A stretch of 62,663 bases of DNA, counting the filler, from Choristocarpus tenellus KU-1152 (lineage: Eukaryota; Protista; Phaeophyceae): the NCBI GenBank assembly GCA_964200185.2. It is 10 parts of 10 records of this genome, joined end to end, with 100 filler letters (N's around TTAATTAATTAA, not from the genome) between each part and the next. Parts side by side here need not be neighbours in the genome. Positions count along the whole stretch, not along the records: positions 11,373 to 16,234 come from CAXNAD020012753.1; positions 16,335 to 27,384 come from CAXNAD020002543.1; 8 more parts are not named here. One strand, given 5' to 3'. Positions 11,721 through 26,434 of the stretch are shown here, piece after piece. Below the pieces are notes generated by a model that had not been told where the DNA came from, searched no databases, and worked only from the letters and a program-made list of their open reading frames with translations. A program made the translations under genes and the position numbers. The stretch's first letter is position 1. Every line of letters starts with the position of its first letter.

Positions 11721-14700
11721 TTATCTTCACTATCACAAGCATAACTAGAACAGAACACTATCGCAACACATCAATCAGTCAACACATCAGGTAAATGATA
11801 AACAGAATGTCCTGACTACGTATGGGTCCATCACTGACTCTCCATCTCTCCATTTATTCCACCAGTGGTATCTACAGTGTGTAAGCAGCGTTATTCACAC
11901 GGTCAGCACCTACTTGGTAACTTGTTCACTTTGTGGATCAGGGAGTGGTACCTTTTGGTGATGGAAACCTCCCCGTCTTGACTTCTTTTCTATTTCTCGC
12001 CTTCCTCCATCAATAGCTTTGCTCCCCCTTGCTATGCAACAGGAATGTTGTGCTGTGGTGCTTCCATCGATGCAGACCGTTGGATCACTCTTTGATCACA
12101 TAAGTATCCACAGGAAGACAATAGAGACAAGATCTGAGCAATGATATATTACATCTTTCTCATTGAATACACATAACCTAAGAACCATTTCCTTCTTGAT
12201 TCAAAGGGGTGTTAAGTTACCTCGAAGGAACATCCAATGTTTCATCCATGTTCAAACGAGGTAATATCATATTTGAATGAGTTCGTTTTTTCATATTCAA
12301 TTAGCAAAATACCTCCAGATCCTCAGGAGGGATATGAGTGTTTTCTGTTTGAAATTCTGCCGTTGTTTGAAGTAATTGGGAAAAAAGTACTGTCGTCACA
12401 TTATCGAAAGAAAAAACATTGTATGTTTGTGCTGCTTCGCATGAATCAACATACTGTAGAATCTCTTAACGGGAAACAAATGGATACCAAAGCTCTAAGG
12501 AATTCAGGTACTGCAACGTGAGGAATAAATGTGTTTTTCAATTGGAAAAACATGTAACGTACAGAGCCAGAAAAGAAATAAATTGCATAAGATTAGCCTA
12601 GATAACCGGGCTAGATCAACAGGATGAGAAGAAGATTTACATTTTACAAGTTCATTGCGAAAATGTGTACGCTCACTGTAGCTTTGCTTTTTTAAATCTC
12701 CTAAACCAGCTTTTGAAAGACAATAGAGAAATGGTGATACATGCAACCAGTGAACTGACCACCGATGTGAGGAAAAGACCACCTGCACCACCAACATATG
12801 ATCATCCCGAAGCAAGTACAGAGTCTCAGAGATTGACACAGGTCTGGTCTCGAAGAAAGAGCTATTATATGCACAATGGAAGAGTGTCGAAGACTGACAC
12901 AAGACGTCCAAGGCTGGCATCAACATATCTAGTATCGTAGGAAGTGCTAATGTAGTTCTGAGTTTGATTGTGATGGATTTCGTTTCATTTCAAGGTTTGG
13001 TTATTCTTCACCAACCAAGGTTTCCTGAGCCCATGGTATCCCTGTCCTTTTTGAACACGCCACGGAAAATATGTTCAGAGCAAAATAAGACAGCTTAAAC
13101 TTTTGGCATTATACTCGTATGTGATGAAGCACTGCAAATATCCACAACGGTTGTCCTGGGCAATAGATGTTACAGACTGATTGTCTCATTTTTTGGCAAA
13201 CAGACGTACAAAGCAAATGACCCTGAGCTCTGTCCTGGACAACAGGTGAGACGTTCTAGACCCAATGGCCCCAAGGATTGTTCAGGAAAACGGGCATTAC
13301 CACAGTATATACCCCAAGCATTTCATGGGCAATAGGCATTGGAGTGCAAATGACCACGAGCATTTTTGCTGGACAGTGAACCTTACTAGAGAGCACAAGA
13401 GTATATATTTTTTCACTTTTGCAAAATTTGTTCTTTCAGCTGCCAAATTTCTTCCTTTGACTGCTTTCTCTGCTAAAAAAGATCAAACCAACGTGTGAAA
13501 TAGTAAAACAAATCCATAAGTGACCCCCTTTGCACTGAGCAAATACTCGTAGTCGTTGTTCTCGACAATGGACGTCATAGGACTAATGGTCTCGAGTGTT
13601 TGGCCTGGCGACGATTATTTAGCGCAAGTCCAGTGCTAGACAACGGAAGTTGTATACTTGAACCAATGGACTCGGGTGTTGCGTGGATAAGAGATGTTAT
13701 AGGACAAGTGGTCCTCAAATATCAACCTGGTAGCGGAAGTTTCGGAACAGCAGTCCTGAATTGTCATGGATAACGGATATCGCAATCCGAATGTGGTTGA
13801 TTATTGTAGAGCAATAACGACTTTGTGTGTTACTCCCAAAGAGTGTTTTTTTGTGCCCTTGTGGTGGTACTTTTGGTATATTGTGAAATATTGAAATTTC
13901 ATAGTGTGAGGTTTCATGAGTAAGCGATTGACCATTTATATCTATTGATTGGAGGTCTACCGTAAGAATAATGTTTGACAAAGTTGAACCGTCTGAGGAT
14001 TTAAAATATGTTGTATTCATAGTACATGCTTCGAAGTATGCATATTGTACTATAGTAGGTATTTCCAATATGATTGTTCAATCCAGTTAGGGCTGGCTTG
14101 ATGAATGAAAAATACGTGAAATATCTCAGAATACAAGGAACTAGTAGTAGTTCCGGTGATTTCCAGTCCATACCACGCGGCACGTGCAAGTATCTATTTT
14201 TGAAGCCATCAGAATGAAAGTACAGTACACAGAGAATGTGGCGTTTAGAGCATGTCTCATTCCTGGAAGATCCAGTATGTTCTACTCTTCTTTCTTGCTT
14301 ATGTCTATTCATGGATGCAAACCGGACAACTGTTCCTCTTCGTGTTGGGTCCATCCTTAGCTCCTTTGTCCAGGATAGTCGTCTTCCTATTAAGCCCTTT
14401 ACCACAACTCTCGTCTCCTTACTCGCGACTCCAGACTTCAATTTAACAGCTACGTCAACTCCTTCAAAATGTTCGGAGCATGTTATATCTCTGAGGAATA
14501 TTTCGATGCCTCTCCCATCACCAAACTGGGCGGACTCCCCTCCCTGCGTGAACACATATATTTTATATCAATTTCCACCATCCCTACGAGTGTCATTCAT
14601 CCTACTTTTTCCCTTTCCTTCTCCTACAATATTGAAAATTATGTATTTTTTTCTTCTTTTGCTATTACTTTTTGTAGTAGGGTTGAGAACAGGGGGATTA

Positions 14701-16059
14701 GTTTGTTCATACAGAAAAAAATGGGATATGCGGCTTGTTTGGTTGACAAATTACTACCCCTTCTGCTTCTGTCGATGTTGTTTGTATATATGGATCGTTC
14801 AGATTTGACACGGAATTTCCTCCTCTTTTTCGTATACAGGGACTAGGATATATTGACGACGATGTTGATTGGCATTCTGTTCTAGGCACTTGGGTTCCAG
14901 TGAGTGGTGCTTATACTTTTCTTTCCTTCTTTCGTCTTTTTGTTCCGTATTATTTTTGTCTATTTTCTCATCTATTGAGTTATTGCTTCTCAAAATACCT
15001 TCGACCATGGGTTTGGGACCCCCTTAGACTAATAACGTGAAGAGTAGTATACTATCATGACAATAATAATAATATCATTGGAGGTTACAACAACTACTAT
15101 AGTCCGTACTACATGCTGGAGTATTTTTCATCCACATATCCTCAACCTACTTTCTTTGATTTTTCAGGATATCTTTCAAACCCTTTCTCACAATAAATAA
15201 TCTCGTACGAGAATAACCTAGCTCTTTACTATCCACCATGTGATCTCAAAGCACTAACATAGAGTAGTACGAATAGTGATGATTGCTGTAGAAGTAGGAG
15301 TAGCCTCACTAGCAAGCAATCTATCCTTCTTGTTTAAGTGTGATTCTTCTGAGGAGAGAGGACTGAAAATGTCATGAGCCCAAAGAGCAGACACCAGGGG
15401 TCGCTGGCTTATGCCACAAAACTTCATCTACAGTCACCAGGTGCATTACCATCACTGCTTTGCTGCTAATACTAAAGTCTCCATCCCGCAGTGGCCACGA
15501 TCAAGGAAGTACATAGCGCCCAGCATCCACCACCAGGCAAGGTGGACAATGAAATATCATCCTCTTTCCTTGGCCAGACGAAGGGGTAAGAACGGCAGCA
15601 TAGCAGATTTTGTGCGTGGACCGGTTTCCTACAATCAGAGTACCCCAGAGAGTCTTCACCATCATACCTGGCAAAAGAGACCCCCACTGTGTGTTTTTTC
15701 ACACTTTCTTGAATGTGACCAATGAGATCAAGGTGATCCACAGTCTTCCCCATTCTGTATTTGACAGTCTGGCCTCCATAATAGAGATTCATATAGTATC
15801 TTCGTCTTGTCGTCCTCCCATATGGTCCATCGTCCATGTCTCTCCGTATTCAAGTGCAACTTTCGCACATGGTCAATGGGTCCTCATCTCCAGATGTTTT
15901 ATGAACGGAATGTGATGGGGGTTGACCGACACAACAGTGCATTGTGTAATATGAGGAAGGATAGAATGCCCTTCAGGGGCGAGGAGAATATTGTGTGATC
16001 GAAAGGAACATACGTACATGTACAATGTATGTAGCACCATGATGTTTTTGCTTTGAAAT

Positions 16060-16360
16060 GGCTCAAAGTATCTGGGGGGGGTAGCGGCGGTCCATTTGGG
16101 GTCAATTTCTTCATGTCGCGATTTTTAGGTGAATTGGTTGAATGGATCGGATGGAGAACATAAATGCACTTTGCCTGATTTGGGGCCAAATGGACACCCT
16201 GGCGTAGATCCCCCCCCCCCCCCCCACACCTTTTNNNNNNNNNNNNNNNNNNNNNNNNNNNNNNNNNNNNNNNNNNNNTTAATTAATTAANNNNNNNNNN
16301 NNNNNNNNNNNNNNNNNNNNNNNNNNNNNNNNNNCCCCCCCCCCCCATATACTTTGAGCC
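16060..16360. mobile_element. MITE with GGCTCAAAGTA termini; left part before and right terminus after the spacer
   Basis: GGCTCAAAGTATCTG7 at 16060, internal IR GTCCATTTGG/CCAAATGGAC, and TACTTTGAGCC ending at 16360. The two halves may be different copies. Confidence 0.75.
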
Positions 16361-16553
16361 ATCACATTGGTATCATTAGTATCGTTAGTATCATTAGTCC
16401 CAATAGTCTCATTTATCACATAAAAGTATATTAGTGTGCATTGACTCTCTACTTATGTACTAATGTAGATATTCATGATATGATGTAGAATTTAAATTCA
16501 TTACAGGTGTATTCACATATTTGGCACTCACTGCCTGAGGTTACCCTTTGCAG

Positions 16554-17312
16554 GAACTGTCATTTGTCACAAGCATTCAGCGCTTCCTGGACAAGCCATT
16601 GGCAGTACGATTTCACTATGGGCACCCAGACATGTTTGATAAGTGAGTTACTCATACCTGCATAGGTGAGTTTGATGAAGGGTGATTTTTTAAATAAATT
16701 ATTCTAATAAAATTCTAATATAATTCTTGAGATGTGTTGAGCAAAGTGTTCTGAGTACTTGCAGTACATCAATCCGTCAGCTGGGAGTTAGTTCAAGTTA
16801 GTTCGAGTTTTGAATGTGAATATGAGTGCCTTCACAAAAACCCTTAATGGCATTTTCAACACTAATAGAACCCACCCCATCACTGCTTCTTTTGTTTGGA
16901 ACAATTGTAACAATTCACCACTGGTGATTGGTGGATCTGTTGGACTTGTCTCTGTCATGTTTTTATGAACATTAGGGTATCGGCAATCACACTAGGGGGC
17001 ATTTCCAAGGCATCGAAGGGTATAAATTTGTCTGAGGATATCTTTGGAGGGTTCAACTTTGTGCTCAGAGGTGGTACTTCAACACAGGCTGAGTACATTC
17101 AGGTCAGGAACATTCAACATGTAACATAGCATTAGCATTAGCTTTTTTTATGGTGTGTTAGTTACTCTTTCAGTACTGTCTCTATCTTGCAGCACACACC
17201 CCTCACATCTCAAAGATATATGTCTTCTACAAATGGACTACCTATACATTCAGTGATGATTTGAACATTCAACATATGCCCTAATATGTTTTATCTTGTT
17301 TTCCAATTTGTG

Positions 17313-17343
<31 letters not shown>

Positions 17344-20300
17344 AGTGAACACTATTGTTTTAACTTAAATGTATTCTATTTATTCCAATTTAGTAAGGTT
17401 GACTGAGGAGAGGTGAGGCAAGGAGGAAGGAAGGGAGACTTCAGGCATAAGAGTCTGTTGTAGATGTTGTTTAAACTTTCCTCTCTCTTGCTGTGCTATT
17501 CATACATAGCCCATACTCCACAACCCTTTGACAAACAATTTAAAACTTAACCAGGACATTTTTGAAATGACTGTTTTTTGTTTTGTGTATTGCCACACCA
17601 GTACACAATAGTGTTAGGTGTTAGGGTTAGGTTTAGATCACATCCACAAAAGGATAGAAACATGAGGATAGACCATTGGGGTCATTAACCACAGAGTCAT
17701 TAATGGAGAAATAGACTGTAATATGGAACATGTACATTTAATTTGAATTGAGTGTAATTATTGTAACTCCCAAGTTAGTTGATAAATAGCACACTGCATT
17801 TCACTATTATTATTGCATGTAATAATGACAAGTTAAAGTTACTTCCACAGTATCATTTAGTGTAAAATAAAATAAAAGCTTTTTTAAAAATTGTGTCCAA
17901 CCTTTTCATGTCCGATAGATAACATGCCTGATAACCATTTGCATATAGACAAACTAAACAGACTATATTGCTGACTTGGTGATACTTCCTTTGCATACAC
18001 TTGTTGATTACCCATGAGATGTTCTGTTTAGACCTTGTTCCTTTCTAATTGCACTTCATTGATGTCATTGCCTATCTGGGGATAGGTTGGTAAGGGGCGT
18101 GATGTGGGTCTGGGGCAGATCGCAGGATTTGTGGCAAAGATCAGTATGGGCAATGGAATGCAGTCCCGCTCTCGAGAGGTGATGATACTTATGATACTTG
18201 TGATATTTATTATATTTAATGATAGTTATGATAGTTATGATAGTTATGATACTTGTATAGTTGTGATCGTTATGATACTTGTGATAGTTATGATACTTGT
18301 GATAGTTATAATAGTTATGATACTTGTGATAGATATGATACTTGTGATAGCTGTGATAGTTGTGATAGTTGATGGTTGTGAAGTGTGATCCTTTTCCCTT
18401 CACCCACATATATTTCTATTGCATCTTCTATCTGATTCTCTTTATGGTATATTAGTCCCCCCCAATGTTAGATTGCATTATGGTGATACATATATATGGA
18501 TTGAAATCCACCAATGACAGTACTGTGGTTGTACCTGACTATGTAATAATTTTGTATTCTTTTTAGGTATATCGCTTAGCACAGCAGCTGGACCTGTTCC
18601 GCCTCCTGTCCTTCTACTATACTTCAGTAGGCTTCTACCTCAACCAGGTATGTTCTTTGTGGTTATGGTTTGTGTTGTTCCTTGTGTATTTGTCTGCCTT
18701 TGATGTCCTTAATAATGGAGTCCTCAACACGTTTGGTCTAGGTGATACCAATAACAGTATAATAGTATTATTGTACCACCATGATTCAAAGTCAGGTTTA
18801 CCACCTACACTTGAGACAATATTTGCCAGATGTGATGAGTGCTATTTTTTTCATGTACTACAATATTATTATGATAACTACCCTCAGAGGAAAGGTGTAT
18901 CCCATATGAATGTTAGTATCCCATATGACTGTTAGCAAGTTAAAGAAAGTGAATACCTGAATAGATTCAAATGATGCTATTAGCAAGCTTGACTAGACTC
19001 TGAAGCTCTACCAATCATAGGCAGTATAATGAATATCATTGTGCATGCCACCATGAAGTCTATCCTCAAATCATTGTACTAGGTAGTACCATGGTGTATC
19101 TAGCATACAATGTACATTAATGAATACAGTATCCATTCCAACACATCCATTATAGAGGGATAGAGTGCAGTGTGTGATCATTCAAAGTTGACATACATCT
19201 GTCTTTCTTCTCATGTATCTATCTTTCTTGTCTCTTATCATGTATACAGGTGTTCTTGATCCTGTCCATCTACCTGTTTGTGTATGCCAAGGTGTACCTT
19301 GTTTTTGACCGACGACAGGTGATCTTAGGGTTAGGGCTGTTCGAAAAGAAACTGAACATGACCCTAATTCATTAATCTTCACCTTGGTAGCAGTACAGTG
19401 TCATATTGGTGTTTGTAGTCTATTGGTTTAGTTAGAATGAGCAAAGCTTATATTGATACCTGAAATACAATTGCTAGCACTGCACTATACTGTACTTACT
19501 GTACCTTGTACTTGGAGGTACTGCATTTATACTAGGTTAGGTAAAGGTTCCTTGTACTGTTACTTTTGTTCTAGTTGCTTTTGTTCTAGTTACTTTTGTT
19601 CTAGTTACTTTTGTTCTAGTTATTTTTGTTCTAGTTATTTTTGTTCTAGTTACTTTTGTTCTAGTTACTTTTGTTCTAGTTATTTTTGTTCTAGTTACTT
19701 TTGTTCTAGTTATTTTTGTTCTAGTCACTTTTGTTCTAGTTACTTTTGTTCTAGTTACTTTTGTTCTAGTTACGTTTGTTCTAGTTATTTTTGTTCTAGT
19801 CACTTTTGTTCTAGTTACTTTTGTTCTAGTTACTTTTGTTCTAGGTACTTTTGTTCTAGTTACTCTTGTTCTAGTTACTTTTGTTCTAGTTACTTTTGTT
19901 ATTGTTTACTGTCACTCGGTGTCCAATTGACTCACAATTCATATCTTCATATGTATTTAGTTGAGAGGCCTATATAAAGTACAATTAATCCAACTTGGGA
20001 ATATTATGATACTGTAGCTGCTTATGTAAAATTGATCCAACTTGTGTACAATTGATGAGGAGGTAGCTACTAAAGCACAGGATTATGGTACAATCATGCA
20101 CATCATACACTACATATATTGTAACCAGTTTCTCCTCATTAAGTTATTGTTTTGTTGTATTGAGAAGTGTTGGTTCATTTCATGTATCTGTATGTGCATG
20201 TCATTCCATGTAGTCTAATATGTTTTGTTAAATATGCCAGTACTTGGGAGAGGTAATCAAACTCATCAATCTCACTGAATTCGAGCCATGCCAATCTCGT

Positions 20301-23300
20301 CAATCTAATTGTGGACATCCTGGGGTTATTTTTCCAATCAATGTCAGGATGATCTGTCAGCTATCAATGAGGATGTTGCGCGGATTGTCTCCTCACAGTA
20401 TGTCTTTCAACTGGGCTTCATGCTGGTGGTGCCTATCCTGCTGGTGAGAGATATAACCATCCTCAATCAATTAGATGTAAATGAAAATCAATATACAGTT
20501 AATTATATGTAAATTAACCTCAATGTACAATCAACTAGATCTATATGAACATCAATATACAATCAATTAAAGTAAACGGCATGTGTAGTACAATGTCCTC
20601 ATGGTCAGTAGTAATCTGACTGTTATATTTTAACAGTCAAGGCGCATAAATCATATATTTGGGAAGAAACTATTAAAGTGTACCTAACTACAGTAGTATA
20701 TGAATATTCGTATATGAACCAATGTACCAATTTTAGCCAGTGATGTTCTGTACAAATTTGACTTACAGAGAAAAGACCATTGTTTACAACCTGGTGCTGT
20801 GTTGTACCAGTACCAAGTACTTTGTTACATGTGTATATATACATACACAATACATAAGTAGGCATACTTAACATTACATTGATCGTTTACATGCTGTAAT
20901 CAATGTAATCAATTAACCTCTCATTCCTTCGCCTGTCAAGTCCTGTCATCATGAAACCATCATGTTATGTCATCTTCTTGCCTTCAAACCAAATTCGGAA
21001 TCTATTTACATCATGGAAGGTACTATATAAATTTAAGATAAAGATAGTCTCGTTGGGTTATATATACTACTTTTAGTATGATAGTTGATAGTTACACTAA
21101 TAACAGTAGTAGCACAATACTTGATCACAAATCAAAATTGTAATCTATGGAATATCAATGGAAAAGGAAGGCATACTCCTGTCTTTGTGTGTGTCCTCTC
21201 TGTTGATGGTCCTCATTTCAGGTCAATGAAAATATATCTTGAATCTATTGTAAAAATAATCTTGAATCTATTATAAAATATATCTTGAATCAATTGTAAC
21301 TTAGTTTGCAGTACAGCATTAATAATATACCTGTTTTATTTGCATGAATCAAGCAGCTGGCTACTGTAAACCAAAAATATGTTAAGGACACTTAACACAG
21401 TGGATTGAATATCATCATCTGAATCTCATCTATATTTTATGGTGGAGTATGCTACCTATTTATCAGAGCAAGATGGCCAAAGCAAAGTGATGTGCTTTAA
21501 ATGATGTTGAATGATATGCTGGACTTCAATACCTCTGGTTGAATGTACTGTTATCATGGTTTTTATTGTTGTTTTGAATATGACATCATCACCAAAAGGT
21601 CATGGCGGTGGAGCATGGACTGGCTCAGGGTCTACGCAAATTTGTGGAGATTATGCTGAGAGGCAGCGTGCTGTTCTTTGTGTTCCTGTCTGCAACAAAT
21701 GCATATTATGTGAACCTTGCGTTCCTGACAGGACAGGCAAAGTACATGTCTACAGGACGAGGTGAAAGAACTAAAAAAATAATCAATAATAATAATAATT
21801 AACATCAAATATTTTGAAACTATGTATCCCATTAGCATTTTGTACAGTGCATGGATTGTAATCACTTGAATTTGAGTGAGGGTGTGATGAGTGTTGGTAG
21901 ACTGGACTAGACTAGAATGACTAGAATGAAGTGATTGTAGTTGTGTTGCTGTGTCCTTCCTTGATTGTTTGATTGTTTGATTGGTACTGTTATTGTTACT
22001 GTAGAGATAGGTTACAATTTACTCTGGACTGTTTTAGGTGTTTATAGTACTCGCTTTTCTTTTTCTGTGGTATGTGATTGGTATTGACTAACAACAATAA
22101 CAACACTCAAGTCTCATTCGCATTAGTCAGAGGTGTATGGAGTGATGAGGTGTATCATGTGATGAGGTGTAACCGTTTTATTCATCGCCTGTGATTTGCT
22201 AGCTGTATGTATTGTCAAGATAATACATTGAACAAGTGTATTTATCTCCCCTGTTGTACTTGATTAGGACACACTTTTGTTGTCAATATTCACGTACACT
22301 ATCATACTATGAATGGAAACTTTTTACAACTAATAATAATATATGGGTAGCTAGTTGTTGTCTTTTGATGCTGCTGACTCTTACCATACCACACACATGA
22401 CATGCCAGGGTTTGTGATTGTTCATGAGCACTTCCTGTCTGTGTTCAGGCAGTATCTACAGAGCCACTTCGTCCCTGCATTTGAGATTTTGGTCCTCATT
22501 GTGGTGAGTTGGCAACAAAGCTGCAAGACGTTAGAATTCCTCTTGTAGTGGACACCCTACTATCCTACTTTATCATAATATCATAGTATTTAGCTACTTT
22601 GAAAGGAAACAAAAATGATGCACTAACTGAATAGGGTTGATAATATTGATATTATTGAATCACTTGACCAAGAGTCATTAGCTTACAAGGAGTGCGCAAA
22701 AATCTTGATGACATCATGGCATGGGGTATTGGTACTAGTAGGAACAACCAAAACATTTGACAAGTACGGCTCTCTTCGTTAATACTATTGACACTAATAT
22801 CTTGACACTAATATCTTGACTGGATATATACTACTTTATAATATAATAGTTTTGATCCCACCCTCATCCCTCATAACCTCAAATGCATTATTATCGTGAA
22901 CTCCTATGTACCGCCTAGGGCTACTTCATCTCTCCTCTTCAGACCTTGACATTTACTGTATATTGCTGCTGTTTCTGTATATTGTTAGGTCTACTGGTAC
23001 TTTGGCACGACCAGTAACTTCCTGGCAGAGACATTCTCTGTTTGGCTCTTGGTAAGATGAATGCTTCTACATCTACTTGGTAATAGTGTATACAGTAGCT
23101 GATATTATATACAGTAGCTGATATTATATACTAACTTCTTTCCACATGGAACAAAACATCTCAAGCACGACTTGAGAATTGAGTGGAATGTGAAGAACAC
23201 ACATGAAACTGGTGAAACATGGAGACAAGACCTCCCTAAGACAAACAGCTTATGTCTGATTATGTTTGGTTAATGATTCTACATATTGCTATTGTAATAC

Positions 23301-26300
23301 ATTTGAAGGTTGTGGCATGGCTATGGTCACCAATGATCTTCAACCCCAATGGAGTGGAGTGGATGGATGTCTTCAAGGTCAGTCAGACTCTTGGTGTATG
23401 TTGCCTATTTTTAATGTCTTGCTTGTGTTGTGGTGATGACAGTGCAATGATTATTAACTTCATAAACAAGAACTATAAATATATAGTAACGAAATCTTAA
23501 TATTTATATATAAGTACAACATGGCAGAGCCAGAAACATATAGAGATACTTCTGTGTAGGGTTCGGGTAGTAAGGGTAGGTAATATTGTAGGTTGCTTTT
23601 TTCCATTTTGTACCTTACATTCGTTCATGAAAATAACTTCTTGGAACCTGCAACTCTTCATTTTGGAAGTGGAATTAAACATGAAGCAGAAGTATGATTA
23701 TATGTAGTATGCATGTAGTATTATGTAGTATGTATGTATTATGTATCACATCTTTTTCTCTTTGCTCCTACAGATCTGGTGTATACTTGGAGAAACCAGA
23801 GGCTACCTTGGAATAGCAAAAGCGTTTATTTCAGTATTGTTAGAGTGGCACAAGTTGTATGTTGTATTATGCTCTTGAAATTATCATGCTACTCACCATA
23901 CTATTGTATCATTGCTATTATATCATTACTATTATATCATTATGTAGAACTCTCTCAACCATCTCACAAGAAAAAAAAAGTCTATTTGTACTTCCCCTTG
24001 ATTGATCCCTGCATTGTCTTTCTCATTGTATTAATCTAATTCAATGCTATGATTGAGTATTAATAATAGATGGACACAGTACACAACAGTAATGTGGAGT
24101 ATGTATTTAAGTACATACATACGTATGCATAGGATTTAATGGAATTGTAGACAGTCTGTAATTTTTGATACAAGTTTTTTGTTGGTTTGTCATACACATG
24201 GTGAACAAGTCCATTGTGAAGACTGCACCCACTGTTGAAAGTATTGAAATAGTATTGTAGTAATGTCATTCTAGTAATAGCATGTTGGTGTTTGTAATTG
24301 TTCTTAATGCAATCACTTTTGTTTCTCACCTCATAAACATTGATACATTTCATCATTGATACATATAATCATTGATGCACATAACCATAATTTAACACAA
24401 AGGATTTTGATGACTGGGTAAACTGGATGACTGCAGAGGACGATGACCCAAGCAAGAGCTGGCATGCTTGGTGGGCACATCAGAATGTGGTAAGTCAGAC
24501 TGACTATGACCATGGTCCAGAACAGTATCAAGGCAGCATGAAGAAGCTAGCAAGCCTTCACACTCTTGATAGTTGCAATTGTAGATTATGCAAATGTGTA
24601 GTCTAAATGTGTAGTCTATTTCGTTTCTGCACCATCTCCCTCTTAAAATACTAATAAAGTACTAACAATGTATAGTAGTATGTAAATATAAACATATATC
24701 CCATCAGTGGTAGTGAGTATATCAATTTTCACTAGTATTGGATTTGTTAAGAGAAGTGTTGCACTTTTGATATTAAAAAGGAAGGTATTGCCGTTTGTGT
24801 CATAAGTTGATATGTGTATGTTTGTAGACTGGTCATGTCCTAGGATCTATTTGACAAAATAAATCATTTTCTTGGGTTTCTTGCACTTGTAAAAAGAATC
24901 TTTGGTTCTAAATACGTTTTATTTTCATTTTTATATGAATACCTGTAAGAGACCAATACTCTCTAGTCAAGCTGATTTTTTTTGTAGTGCTCCATATCAT
25001 ATCATATCAAACATATCATATCAAACATTACATTTTAATTATCGTATCAAACATGAGAGATGGACACTGTACTATACTATAATATACTACACTACACTAC
25101 CCTGGAATGGGCACAGTAGGGGCATGCCTGCTTTTGTGTGCATGTATCTTTGTCACTGCTCTGTGGAGTTTCAAAAGTATGGAGTTGTTACTCTATACCC
25201 TGATAACTTTCCATTGCATTAATTTTGATATTAGTCACCTCCTATTTGTTGCACACTATAGCAAACTGCAACTACAGTTTGAAGGGTCTTGTCTAGATAT
25301 GCCACTGTTAATTAGTCCTGCCAGTTGACAGACAGCCTTGACGATACTTGTGAGACATCTGTTACATTATTTTTTAATACATTATTTTTTATTACATTAT
25401 TTTTTTCAGTAGTTTCACATACACACGCATACACACATACACACATAAATGAAGTAAACATATAGATAGTACATTGTGTAGTTTGGATAAGGGCATGGTC
25501 AAATGGTACACACTTTCTTCCTATTAATAGCATCGATACATACATTCATGACCATCTTGGTCATACTTCAAGGGATTGATTCTGCATATTATTTTTGTAT
25601 TTTTTTTTATTATCCAAGGTATACCTTTTATATGCATACCTTCTACCCTTGAGTAAATTGCATTCAGCTAACTTGAGCTAACCCTGTTGTTGTTTTGTCT
25701 CTGTTCAGGAGGTGTCAAACATACTCATGCGGAAGAAGGTCATATTGGCAATCTGGCGGTGTAGATTTCTCATTCTTGTTTGGGGTTTTGTCGCTGCGAT
25801 GAAGCTATCCAGGTCAAGTTAGTAGTTGGAAGTATTTAAGCAACATATAGTGTTAGTGATATTGTTAATAATTGTATTACTTTACAGCAACATGATATTC
25901 TCTTCATCAGTAGTAGTAGTAGTAGTAGTAGTAGTAGGATGTAAAGTAGTTCTACTTGTAAAGTAGTCTTTTTTTTGGCAAAAAAAGTGACTGTCATGTG
26001 TGAACGGTGGTTGTGGATACAATAGTGATGACTCTATCTATTGCTGGGGTACATGTATTCAATCCATGGTTAGATACTTTTATGGTTGCTGAATGTTTGA
26101 TAGATATGGTAAGAATATTGATGATGGGCTTGGTAGGTCAAACATATTATCACTGTTATATCAATGTATTATTTCTGTTTTAGTGTAGGTAGTATTAATA
26201 CCAATTATTTACAGTAGATAAACATCCATACACAGCAGGGGGATATCAATTGTGATTCTATTCATATCATGTCATCTCATATCATGTCTACGACTCTCCC

Positions 26301-26403
26301 CTCTCCACTCCAATTATCTACCTCTCACTTGCACTTCTACACCATAAATCGTACCCTACACCAGTTCACTTTAGTCCATATTCATCATCATTAAAACTAC
26401 ACA

Positions 26404-26434
<31 letters not shown>

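Noticed and set aside
7303-19900. CRISPR-like arrays
   Set aside because: The repeats are head-to-tail with no unique spacers, there are no cas genes, and the context is eukaryotic.
19453-19977. 174-aa Cys-rich (YFCSS)n ORF
   Set aside because: It is the translation of an intronic 15-bp minisatellite.
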